From positions 1 through 45,700 of IMG/VR virus record IMGVR_UViG_2563366840_000010: a stretch of 45,700 bases of DNA. One strand, written 5' to 3'. This DNA is from a virus (Duplodnaviria > Heunggongvirae > Uroviricota > Caudoviricetes). Shown in pieces: positions 37,624 to 45,700 of this stretch. Both the position numbers and the translations under genes were made by a program. The notes beneath the pieces are model-generated. The model was not told where the DNA came from. It made no database searches and was given only the letters and a program-made list of their open reading frames with translations. Numbering within the stretch: position 1 is the stretch's first letter; each line of letters opens with the position of its first letter.

Positions 37624-37650
37624 AAACCGCCGACATGGCGGTTTTTTTAT
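37624..37650 (+). terminator. intrinsic terminator (ACCGCC-gacat-GGCGGT + T7)
   Basis: Seen directly. Confidence 0.7.
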
Positions 37651-37663
37651 TTCCGGAGGCGTG

Positions 37664-39067
37664 ATGCCGTCAATTATCCAGGACGCAATAACTTCTCTTT
37701 TGGGGGGAGATACCAGCGATGACTGGCAGGGGCAGTTACGGCCCAGCTCATTCAGAGGTGTGCCATTTGCAATTGTTGCTGAGGAAGGGAGCCACGGCCG
37801 ACGCCAGGCGGTACATGAATATCCCTACCGTGATACAGCCTGGATAGAGGATATCGGGCGGGCAACACGGCGATTTGTTATTCGCGGTTTCTTGATCCAG
37901 AACAGCCAGGTTTACGGCGGCGGCGATGCTATCACGCAGCGCCAGTCACTGATTGAAGCCTGTGAACAAAAAGGTAGCGGTACGCTTGTCCATCCGACAC
38001 TGGGCGAATTAACGGTTTCCATCCCTGAGAATGGTTTGCGTATTTCCGGTTCGATGGAGAACGGGCGAGTATTTGAATTTACCCTGATGGCAATTGAATC
38101 AGGGCTTAAAGTGTTTGCTGTCACGGGCAGTACCGTTGCAGGCGCCACGGTGAAAACCAACTATCTGAAACTGGTCAGCACTGCTGTGCTGAGCACGATT
38201 GCCAGAGTTAAGAGTGAAATCCGCGGTGTCACACAGGCTATAAACACCATCAGAGGCACGGTCACGTTCTGGACTAACATGGTTGACAGCACCATCAGTC
38301 AGGTCACGAATCTCAGCAATGTCCTGAACTCCACGTTCGGGAATACCCGGTACGGACGTTACAGTAAAGGCTCTGTGGGCGGTAGTTCCTCTGCTGTTGC
38401 TGGCAAATCGTCAGTTGCTGATGTGGATGATGAGAGAGCACTGGCTGACAAGGTAACAGCCCAGTCGGTAATGGACCGGAAAAATGTTACCGACAGGTCG
38501 AGCCAGCTTAGCAGCTCCAACACACCTGATGAGTTTGTCCAGGGCGTCGCCGACGTGGTAAACGCAATTCTTAACAGCGCCGGCAGCGTTAATGACCGAA
38601 TCACAGCGCTGGAAAAACTGGCTAATTCAATCAGCACGGAGTACCAGCAGTCCGACAGCAGCAAAGCGATTTCGGCGACCATGAACACGCTGATTGTTGT
38701 GCTATGTACTGGTGCCATGACCAGTGCCGCTGCGGACTCCAGACCAGCCAGTACAGACGAGGCAGAAGAGTTAACTCAACGAGTTTCTGTGCAACTTGAT
38801 ACGGCGCTGGTTCTGGCTGGAGACCGCGCGGACGATGATATGTATAACGCGCTTCTCGCCGTCAGATCGGCATTCCTTTCTACGATGAGTGAGCGTGCTT
38901 CTGGTCTGAGCGAGCTTCTGCAGGTTACTACCGCTCAGCCGCTTCCGGCGCTGACGCTGGCAAACCGATTATACCAGGATGCCACCCGTGCAGATGAACT
39001 GGTACAGGAAGCGCGCGTACCGCATCCGGCGTTTATGCCGACAACCATGAAGGTACTGAGGCAATGA
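37664..39067 (+). CDS. DNA circulation protein, Mu gpN-like (467 aa)
   Basis: GGAGG RBS before ATG 37664; position after tape measure in a Mu-type tail module. Confidence 0.75.
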   Translation: MPSIIQDAITSLLGGDTSDDWQGQLRPSSFRGVPFAIVAEEGSHGRRQAVHEYPYRDTAWIEDIGRATRRFVIRGFLIQNSQVYGGGDAITQRQSLIEACEQKGSGTLVHPTLGELTVSIPENGLRISGSMENGRVFEFTLMAIESGLKVFAVTGSTVAGATVKTNYLKLVSTAVLSTIARVKSEIRGVTQAINTIRGTVTFWTNMVDSTISQVTNLSNVLNSTFGNTRYGRYSKGSVGGSSSAVAGKSSVADVDDERALADKVTAQSVMDRKNVTDRSSQLSSSNTPDEFVQGVADVVNAILNSAGSVNDRITALEKLANSISTEYQQSDSSKAISATMNTLIVVLCTGAMTSAAADSRPASTDEAEELTQRVSVQLDTALVLAGDRADDDMYNALLAVRSAFLSTMSERASGLSELLQVTTAQPLPALTLANRLYQDATRADELVQEARVPHPAFMPTTMKVLRQ

Positions 39068-40149
39068 ATGCAGACAGCGATCTGGATGTTGTTTCTTTGA
39101 CGGTCGACGGCAAAATCATCGAGGGGTGGGATTCTGTCCGGGTAACGCGGGGTATTGAGCGTTTTCCCTCTGATTTCGATCTTGGGCTAATGGATTACTT
39201 CCCTGGCAACGAAGATCGTCAACTTGTTGAAGAGGGAATGTCTTGTGAAGTTCGTATCGGAGATGATCTGACACTGACGGGATATGTTGATGACTGGGAA
39301 CCCGCACTATCGCGCTCCCGCCATGAGGTCCGCGCCACGGGCAGGAGCAAATGTCAGGACCTGGTGGATTGCTCAGCCGAGTGGCCTAACAACGTCATCA
39401 ATGCCAGTAATGCGCTTGAAATTGCTTCTCGCCTGGCATCCTACTACGGCATCACCGTAACCACGGATGTTGATGAACTTGTGAAGGTACCCCAGTTCAC
39501 TCTGAACTGGGGTGAGTCTCCGCAAGAAGTCATCGATCGGGTGGCCAGATGGTCTGCTCTGCTTTACTACGATCAGCCCGATGGAAACCTGTTACTGACC
39601 CGGGTGGGAACACGTCGTGCGGCAAGTGGGATAGCCGAAGGGGTAAATGTCGAGCAGGCATACTACCGCAAATCGATGGCTGACAGGTTTTCAGATTATG
39701 TCGGTGTATCAATGAGCGTTTCTCCAATTGCAGGGTATTCGCCTGATACGGCCTATGACGCTGTGACTCTGGCAACGGCGAGAGATCCGGAGGCCGCCCG
39801 CATGCGGTACCGAAAACATATATCGATTGTGGAAAGTACCCTGATGGCTACTCAACAGGCACAAAGTGCGATCGACTGGGAAATGAACCGGCGGTACGGA
39901 CGTTCAAAACAGCTCTCGGTAACCATCGATTCCTGGCGGGATAAAGACGGGAAACTGTGGGAACCAAACACATTGATCCCCGTTGATCTTCCCACCTTAC
40001 GGTTGCCGAAGACTGAATTGCTACTGGCAGAAGTCACCTATATGCGCGATGACTACGGCACCCATGCACGCATGACGCTGATGCCGCCTGAAGCATTCTC
40101 CGTTCAGCCATATGCCTTCTACCAGAACCTGGCGGGATTCAATACATGA
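39064..40149 (+). CDS. baseplate hub protein, Mu gpP / P2 gpD-like (361 aa)
   Basis: Position and size in a Mu-type tail gene order. Confidence 0.75.
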   Translation: MNADSDLDVVSLTVDGKIIEGWDSVRVTRGIERFPSDFDLGLMDYFPGNEDRQLVEEGMSCEVRIGDDLTLTGYVDDWEPALSRSRHEVRATGRSKCQDLVDCSAEWPNNVINASNALEIASRLASYYGITVTTDVDELVKVPQFTLNWGESPQEVIDRVARWSALLYYDQPDGNLLLTRVGTRRAASGIAEGVNVEQAYYRKSMADRFSDYVGVSMSVSPIAGYSPDTAYDAVTLATARDPEAARMRYRKHISIVESTLMATQQAQSAIDWEMNRRYGRSKQLSVTIDSWRDKDGKLWEPNTLIPVDLPTLRLPKTELLLAEVTYMRDDYGTHARMTLMPPEAFSVQPYAFYQNLAGFNT

Positions 40150-40730
40150 AGCAACTATTTAAACATGCAGCGATCAGGATCGCCGGCATGCTGGGGATTG
40201 GCCGGATCACGGCTATGAAAGATGGTGGGGTGGTGCAGTCTATCCAGTACCAGACTCCGCTGGAGGTGGCCAGCGCTCCGCGGATGGCAGAATTTGGCTT
40301 TTCATCCGGCCTGCCGTCAGGGACTGACGTGGTTCTGGCTTTTATTGGCGGTGATCGTTCCAGCGCGGTGGTAATTGCGTCCAACCATCAGGGGTTCCGT
40401 CATACAGGCCTGAAAGCGGGCGAAACGGTCATGTATAACCAGTGGGGCCTTAATATTCTCCTGACGGAGAAGGGGATCTTCCTGGATGCAAAGGGCCAGA
40501 ATGTTGAGGTCAATAACGCCACTAACGTGACCATCAATGCCAGCCAGGGGATCCTTGCAAATACCCCGATCCTGAGGTGCACGGGTGACATTGTTGATAA
40601 CTGTGAAACCAATACCCGAACACTGAAAGAGCTGCGGGATGCACATAATGACCATGATCATGTGGTTAAAAATGCCCAGAGTGGCAATGACAATATCCGC
40701 AGCCAAAAAACAGAGGATCAGGTGACATGA
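40146..40730 (+). CDS. baseplate spike/assembly protein V-like (194 aa)
   Basis: Position and size. Confidence 0.7.
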   Translation: MKQLFKHAAIRIAGMLGIGRITAMKDGGVVQSIQYQTPLEVASAPRMAEFGFSSGLPSGTDVVLAFIGGDRSSAVVIASNHQGFRHTGLKAGETVMYNQWGLNILLTEKGIFLDAKGQNVEVNNATNVTINASQGILANTPILRCTGDIVDNCETNTRTLKELRDAHNDHDHVVKNAQSGNDNIRSQKTEDQVT

Positions 40731-41164
40731 GTGACATCGCTTCATTCTGGAATGTGGATGAGATGTTTGCTGACTGGCAGAAAGGGCTGGGTGAACTCAC
40801 CACGGGGAACGATTTACAGACTGCAATACTGGACAGCCTGTTTACCGACAGGCTGGCGCGCGCTGACGATGATTATGAGGATAGCGATCGCCGCGGCTGG
40901 TGGGGGGATTCCGGGGAGGAATCCCAACTGGGATCCCGGCTGTGGCTGCTACGGCGGAAAAAACTGACCCCGGATGTAGCAAAAAAAGCGGAGGAATACT
41001 CGAGTGAAGCGCTCAACTGGTTAAAGGTTGATGGCGTTGTCAGCGAGGTTATTCCTGTTGCAAGGATCGTCCTGCCTGACCGGCTCAATCTCATTATCCG
41101 CTATCAGGCACCGGGGAAGGACTGGCAGGAATTCAGGTTTTACTGGATATGGGAGCAACGTTAA
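40727..41164 (+). CDS. baseplate protein, Mu gp46 / gpW-like (145 aa)
   Basis: Position and size. Confidence 0.7.
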   Translation: MSDIASFWNVDEMFADWQKGLGELTTGNDLQTAILDSLFTDRLARADDDYEDSDRRGWWGDSGEESQLGSRLWLLRRKKLTPDVAKKAEEYSSEALNWLKVDGVVSEVIPVARIVLPDRLNLIIRYQAPGKDWQEFRFYWIWEQR

Positions 41165-41165
41165 T

Positions 41166-42308
41166 ATGCCGTTTAAACGACCGACGCTGAGCGAACTCCG
41201 CGACGAAAACCGGAAATTTATGCAGGCGGAGCTTGAGGATGTTGGTGCGCTCCTGCGCTTCGCGAACCTGAAGGTACTGGCTGACATGGATGCGGGGATG
41301 GGGCATCTGCATTACGCCTACCTTGACTATATTGCCCTGCAGACAAACCCGTTTACCTCTACCGATGAGTATCTCGCCGGGTGGATGGCCCTTAAGCAGG
41401 TATTCAGAAAACCAGCTGCAGCGGCGAAGTCGCCTGCGGTACAGGCTAGTGGCAGTGTTGACTGTATTATCCCTGTTGGCTCGATCATTAACCGCGGGGA
41501 CGGATACCAGTACCGGACGGATGCAGATCTTAAAATTCAGGCAGATGGATTTGGTATCGTCGCGGTGACGGCCATACTGCCGGATATTACCAGTGATGTA
41601 ACGGGTGGAGGCGCGCGCGGTAACGCTGATGCCGGGACCATAATGACCCTGGACGCGAATATTGCTGGCGTGGATCCACAGGTAACGTTACTGTCCGCTG
41701 CGACCGGCGGAGCCGATATTGAAACGGAAGAGGATTTTCGCAGTCGTGGCTTGCTGGCATGGCAGAATCCGCCTCAGGGTGGAAGCGACGCCGATTATAA
41801 AAAATGGGCGCTTGAGGTTTCGGGCGTCACCCGCGCGTGGGTAAAGCGGCGTCTGAACGGGGCCGGGACCGTTGGCGTGTATATCATGTGTGATCGGAAT
41901 GACAATGGTGGGTTTCCGGTCGGTACCGACGGAATATCCCAACTTGAGGACTGGGGGGCTGTTAAAGCCACCGGAGACCAGCTCGCTGTCGCCGACCACA
42001 TCTATCCGCAGCAGACAGACACTGCCATTGTTTTCGTATGTTCCCCGATCAAGAAAGTCATCAATATTGAAATCTCTGGGATCAAAAATGCCGACAGCAC
42101 CACAGTTCAGGGGATAAAAGACGCGCTGACGGCGCTGTTTTTTGATGAAGCTAACCCTGATGGTTCTGGGAAAGTTTACCTCTCTGATATTAACGGGAGT
42201 ATCGGCGGTGTTAGCGGCACGACGGGCTATATTCTTAACTCTCCGACGGCCAATATCACCTTTGCTGTTGGCGAAATTCCGGTGCTTGGCGGGGTGAATT
42301 TTGTATGA
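41166..42308 (+). CDS. baseplate J-like protein, Mu gp47 (380 aa)
   Basis: Listed ORF start trimmed to ATG 41166 just after the upstream stop. Confidence 0.8.
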   Translation: MPFKRPTLSELRDENRKFMQAELEDVGALLRFANLKVLADMDAGMGHLHYAYLDYIALQTNPFTSTDEYLAGWMALKQVFRKPAAAAKSPAVQASGSVDCIIPVGSIINRGDGYQYRTDADLKIQADGFGIVAVTAILPDITSDVTGGGARGNADAGTIMTLDANIAGVDPQVTLLSAATGGADIETEEDFRSRGLLAWQNPPQGGSDADYKKWALEVSGVTRAWVKRRLNGAGTVGVYIMCDRNDNGGFPVGTDGISQLEDWGAVKATGDQLAVADHIYPQQTDTAIVFVCSPIKKVINIEISGIKNADSTTVQGIKDALTALFFDEANPDGSGKVYLSDINGSIGGVSGTTGYILNSPTANITFAVGEIPVLGGVNFV

Positions 42309-42898
42309 GCCTCTTTTCAAAAAATGATTATGCCGGTGCGCTTGGTGCGCTGCTACCGACGGGCAGGGCGTGGCCCCGGTCGCAAAGAACGGTACAGGCT
42401 GCGGTATTACGGGCACTGGGCAGCGCGTTTCAGCGTTCTGACAACGATGCGCAAAGCCTGATTACTGGTGCTTTTCCCCCTACAGCGACGGTAATGTTGT
42501 CAGAATGGGAAAGCTCTCTGGGGTTACCAGATGATTGTGCGATTGGTGAATCCGGTGGCGTCAGCGATCGCCAGCGCGCCGTGGTGGCAAAGTTAATCAG
42601 CACCGGCGGCCTGAACCGCGATTATTACATCCGGGTGGCTGCAGCTCTTGGTTATACCATCACTATCACACAGTTCCGGCCCGCTATGAGTGGCATGTCA
42701 GTATGCGGTGATGCGCTTAACGGTGACGAGTGGCCATTTACCTGGCGGATAAATGCGCCACAAACAACGATCAAGTATTCGCTTGCTGGCGCGTCCTACT
42801 GCGGAGATCCGCTCGCATCGTGGGGCAATAAACAACTGGAGTGTTCAATCAACAAAATTGCCCCATCCCATCTGAACATCATTTTCAATTATTCATAA
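42305..42898 (+). CDS. tail protein, Mu gp48 / YmfQ-like (197 aa)
   Basis: Position before tail fibre, as in e14 ymfQ. Confidence 0.7.
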   Translation: MSLFSKNDYAGALGALLPTGRAWPRSQRTVQAAVLRALGSAFQRSDNDAQSLITGAFPPTATVMLSEWESSLGLPDDCAIGESGGVSDRQRAVVAKLISTGGLNRDYYIRVAAALGYTITITQFRPAMSGMSVCGDALNGDEWPFTWRINAPQTTIKYSLAGASYCGDPLASWGNKQLECSINKIAPSHLNIIFNYS

Positions 42899-42949
42899 CT
42901 GATATTTCCCCCTCTGATTTTATCGCTTAACACTAAGTGAGGATTAACT

Positions 42950-43282
42950 ATGCTCCGAATCGGGCAAGTCGAAGCCACTGCAACGCAGGATGGCAAATAT
43001 ACTGATGGAAGTGTTGCTGGTGGTATTGCCGCAACGAGGCTGCGGGCAGCAGCGTTTAATGCCATGCAGGAAGAGTTAGCGCATATCGTAGAGTCAGCAG
43101 GATTGGCGCTCGACATTAACGATATGACTCAGGTTTTAAAAGCCATTCAAAAACTCACACTGAGCCGTGCAAACCCATTTGCCGATATCAAATCAGATGG
43201 TGCAGCGGCGATTTCTACGGCTCTCACAAACCTTGGTTTGGGAGAAGCGGCAGCACTACATGTTGGGATACCTGAAACGTAG
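42950..43282 (+). CDS. tail fibre, conserved N-terminal part only (110 aa), stops 13 codons after the inversion crossover site
   Basis: Prophage tail-fibre N-terminal character; crossover site lies inside the coding sequence. Confidence 0.6.
   Translation: MLRIGQVEATATQDGKYTDGSVAGGIAATRLRAAAFNAMQEELAHIVESAGLALDINDMTQVLKAIQKLTLSRANPFADIKSDGAAAISTALTNLGLGEAAALHVGIPET
43221..43246. promoter_or_regulatory. left inversion crossover site (gix/hix-like): CTCTCACAAACC-TT-GGTTTGGGAGAA
   Basis: 26-bp imperfect palindrome with AAACC-NN-GGTTT core. Confidence 0.6.
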
Positions 43283-45079
43283 ACTCCGGCCACGCCCTCA
43301 ACAGCCTGGGGTAATTGAAAGGTTACGTCTCTCACTGGTAAAATCCACCCAGATCTGGCTGAGGCTGTCCCGACGAATATATCGCCGCAATCACGGAGAG
43401 ATTCTTTCCGTAGCTGTGTTCATAGGCGCGCGGAGTGCGCCATGCGTGGTTTGTTGGCTTATGGCGATCCTCCTTTAGCCTCTGGTGGGGGGTTGGTTAA
43501 GAATTCCTATGGCCTAACAGGTATCGACCCAAAGGGAGGTTACTGAGCGTTAACGACCGGTGCTATGGTAGAGATGAATAACACATGTTCAATTTTTGGT
43601 GAGTCATTTTATTGAGGGTAATCCATACCAAGGAACGTGTCTTTTAACTAAGTCATAATGCCTTTCTCCTGATTAATGCCGTTGTAAATAACGAACTAGA
43701 GGGATGGAAGGCATCAGACGCTAACGAATAGAATTTAAATGCTAACAGGAAGGTTTAGGCTGCACCGCCACACGAAAAAATCCTTATTGCTGGCGATATT
43801 CCGCCGCATTCCTGTTCAGATGTTCCTCCACTCAATCAGGCTGGGCTTACTGTCTTCCCTGCATCAGATATAAAGTTATTGAAAAATCTGGCCAACGAAC
43901 ACGGTAACAGCATACATAGCCCCGAAAAAGGAGCTTCGGATGGTCTGAAAGCTCCGGAACTGTAGCCAGATAATATGACCCCTAATGACCCGTTCACGCC
44001 GTACCTGGATGGTGATGCCGGGGAATCGGATATTGAAAGGCCTACGCAGCCGGCAGTTCCGGTAGGCGCGGAAGAGGCGCGGCGCCAGTAACTGATTGCG
44101 TCAGCGCGTCCATCTAACCGACCGCATCAGTTGGACTGGCAGGTCCGACGTGAACCAGCGTACGTACAACCTACCATCTCTAATGCAGTGCACGGATGGA
44201 TGGAATCGCTGCATGAAACAGTGACCGGCGCTGCGCTTGTTCTCCGTTTGCCGCAGCAGTCGGCTGCGTAGCAGTTTCCATAACTGGTTTACCACAATCA
44301 TCATCCTGCTATAGGGTATACAGATCGATAGTGGTCATATTTTCAGGCGACTGTTCCTGACCTTTGAGTTGTCTCGAAGCTGCCGTTTCGGGCCTATATA
44401 TGCTTTCAACGCGATGGTTTGCCAGATATTTCAATAATTTTCTTTCTGATGCAGTAAATTCAATATGACCAGCATTCGTGGGACCAGGAATATCTGACCA
44501 CGCAGGCGCCGCAATACCGACGGCCACACGAATATATTCTGTTGGCGGTTAAAGATTAAACTCCCTCACAATATTTTGATTATCATCGGTAGCATCTCAT
44601 GAATCCGAACCATCGGATTTATTTTTAACAATGACTTCCATCATCAGGAAGGCATTATGCTATGGGCTATAGAGATGTTCGTTCGTATGATTCCCCCACA
44701 ATCAACCTATACCCTAACAATTCACTTAGTGTAATTCAGCGCTACCATGTCACTAGCTGATGATATGCTGCGACCAGAAGTTGAATCGGAACACGTTGGC
44801 GCATCGTCCGTGACCACGCACCGCCGCTCAGAGCCAAAAAAAGCGTCGCGAGAAGCAGAAAAAGTAAGCGTGGAGCAGACCCCTCGCTTGGCATACGAGA
44901 TGCTGAATATAACACTGCGTATATGAGGCAATTTAGTTGGCGTATACGCCTTTGCCAGATCCGGCTGTACTTCCGCGGTAAGAAACGCCACATAGCATTT
45001 AAGACTGGCAGAAGACGGAGTGGCCGAAATCCGAGGTTCCCCCGTCCCAACAGGTAATGCTGAGCCTTCTCCCAAACCA
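43234..45079. other. ~1.85 kb invertible segment between inverted crossover sites; no intact ORF >125 aa
   Basis: Flanking sites share 15 nt (cttctcccaaaccaa) in inverted orientation; central dinucleotides TT and AA. Confidence 0.5.
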
Positions 45080-45092
45080 ACCTTTTTTATAA
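45067..45092. promoter_or_regulatory. right inversion crossover site: TTCTCCCAAACC-AA-CCTTTTTTATAA
   Basis: About 20/26 match to Salmonella hixL as recalled; inverted relative to the left site. Confidence 0.55.
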
Positions 45093-45151
45093 CCATCAAA
45101 AATCTGGTGATGCTTCGCCGTTTCTCCTGTTTTCATAACAGGAGAAATCCC

Positions 45152-45700
45152 ATGATTTACGGTTATGCCCGAGTATCAACAAACCACCAGGACACTGAAT
45201 TGCAACTAACGGCGCTCAAGTCAGCGGGTTGTGAGAAAATTTTTGAAGAGCATGCCAGCGGGAGGAAATCGAATCGGCCGGTTCTAAAACGGCTGATCGC
45301 CACTATGCAGCCGGGGGATGAACTGGTGGTCTGGAAGCTGGACAGGATAGGCCGCAACGTTCTGCATGCGCTGTTGATGTTCCAGCAGTTACAGGAAAAG
45401 GGTATCAACTTCCGCAGTATTACCGATGGCGTGGATCTCAAAACAGCCAGCGGCCGCTATAACTTTCGTAACATCCTTTCCGCAGCACAATATGAATCTG
45501 ATCTTAATAGCGAACGTACCTTAGCAGGGCTGGCCGTAGCCAGGGCAAAAGGGCGAGTTGGTGGTCGCAGGCCTAAGTTCACGGATGAGCAATGGCGGGA
45601 AATGGGGGAGCGGATGGCAACCGGTGAATCACGACAAAGCGTATCAAAAACGTATGGAGTAGGGCTCTCAACTCTGTATAAAAAGTTTCCAGCTAGCTGA
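45152..45700 (+). CDS. serine DNA invertase, Hin/Gin/Pin/Cin family (182 aa)
   Basis: MIYGYARVSTNHQ catalytic-Ser start, LVVWKLDRIGRN, C-terminal HTH; AGGAGAAA RBS. Confidence 0.9.
   Translation: MIYGYARVSTNHQDTELQLTALKSAGCEKIFEEHASGRKSNRPVLKRLIATMQPGDELVVWKLDRIGRNVLHALLMFQQLQEKGINFRSITDGVDLKTASGRYNFRNILSAAQYESDLNSERTLAGLAVARAKGRVGGRRPKFTDEQWREMGERMATGESRQSVSKTYGVGLSTLYKKFPAS

Noticed and set aside
43167-43478. 103-aa plus-strand ORF crossing the left inversion site
   Set aside because: Overlaps the tail fibre gene in another frame, Arg/Leu-rich, no RBS.
1-45700. Insertion sequences or transposase genes
   Set aside because: No DDE-transposase-like ORF or terminal inverted repeats noticed; the only recombinases are the integrase and the invertase.

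Overview
The window is essentially one integrated temperate phage of an enterobacterial host, running from a tyrosine integrase (1..1194) to a Hin/Gin-type DNA invertase (45152..45700). Gene calls rest on reading the supplied ORF translations and the DNA by eye, with family names assigned from remembered motifs; nothing was searched or computed. Order of modules: int/xis; a leftward early operon with RecE/RecT and an HNH endonuclease; an immunity region (short CI-like repressor, Cro/YdaS-like, YdaT-like) with repeated operator sites; lambda-like O (with internal iterons) and P; a nin-like region with a LexA-box-controlled dinI homologue, NinG and a lambda-like Q followed by a pR'/qut/tR'-like stretch; a tRNA-Asn-like gene; two complete lysis cassettes; a lambda-like head module; and a Mu/SfV/e14-like contractile tail module ending in a truncated tail fibre and an invertible segment. 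Several visibly AT-rich insertions (morons) interrupt this backbone. The strongest candidates for something undescribed are (1) a single ~434-467 aa gene in the rexAB-equivalent slot beside the repressor, whose product carries proteasome-beta/HslV-like N- and C-terminal motifs, and (2) a two-gene cassette (66-aa protein plus ClpP/S49-fold serine peptidase) wedged between the two lysis cassettes. No rRNA, CRISPR array or transposase was seen.
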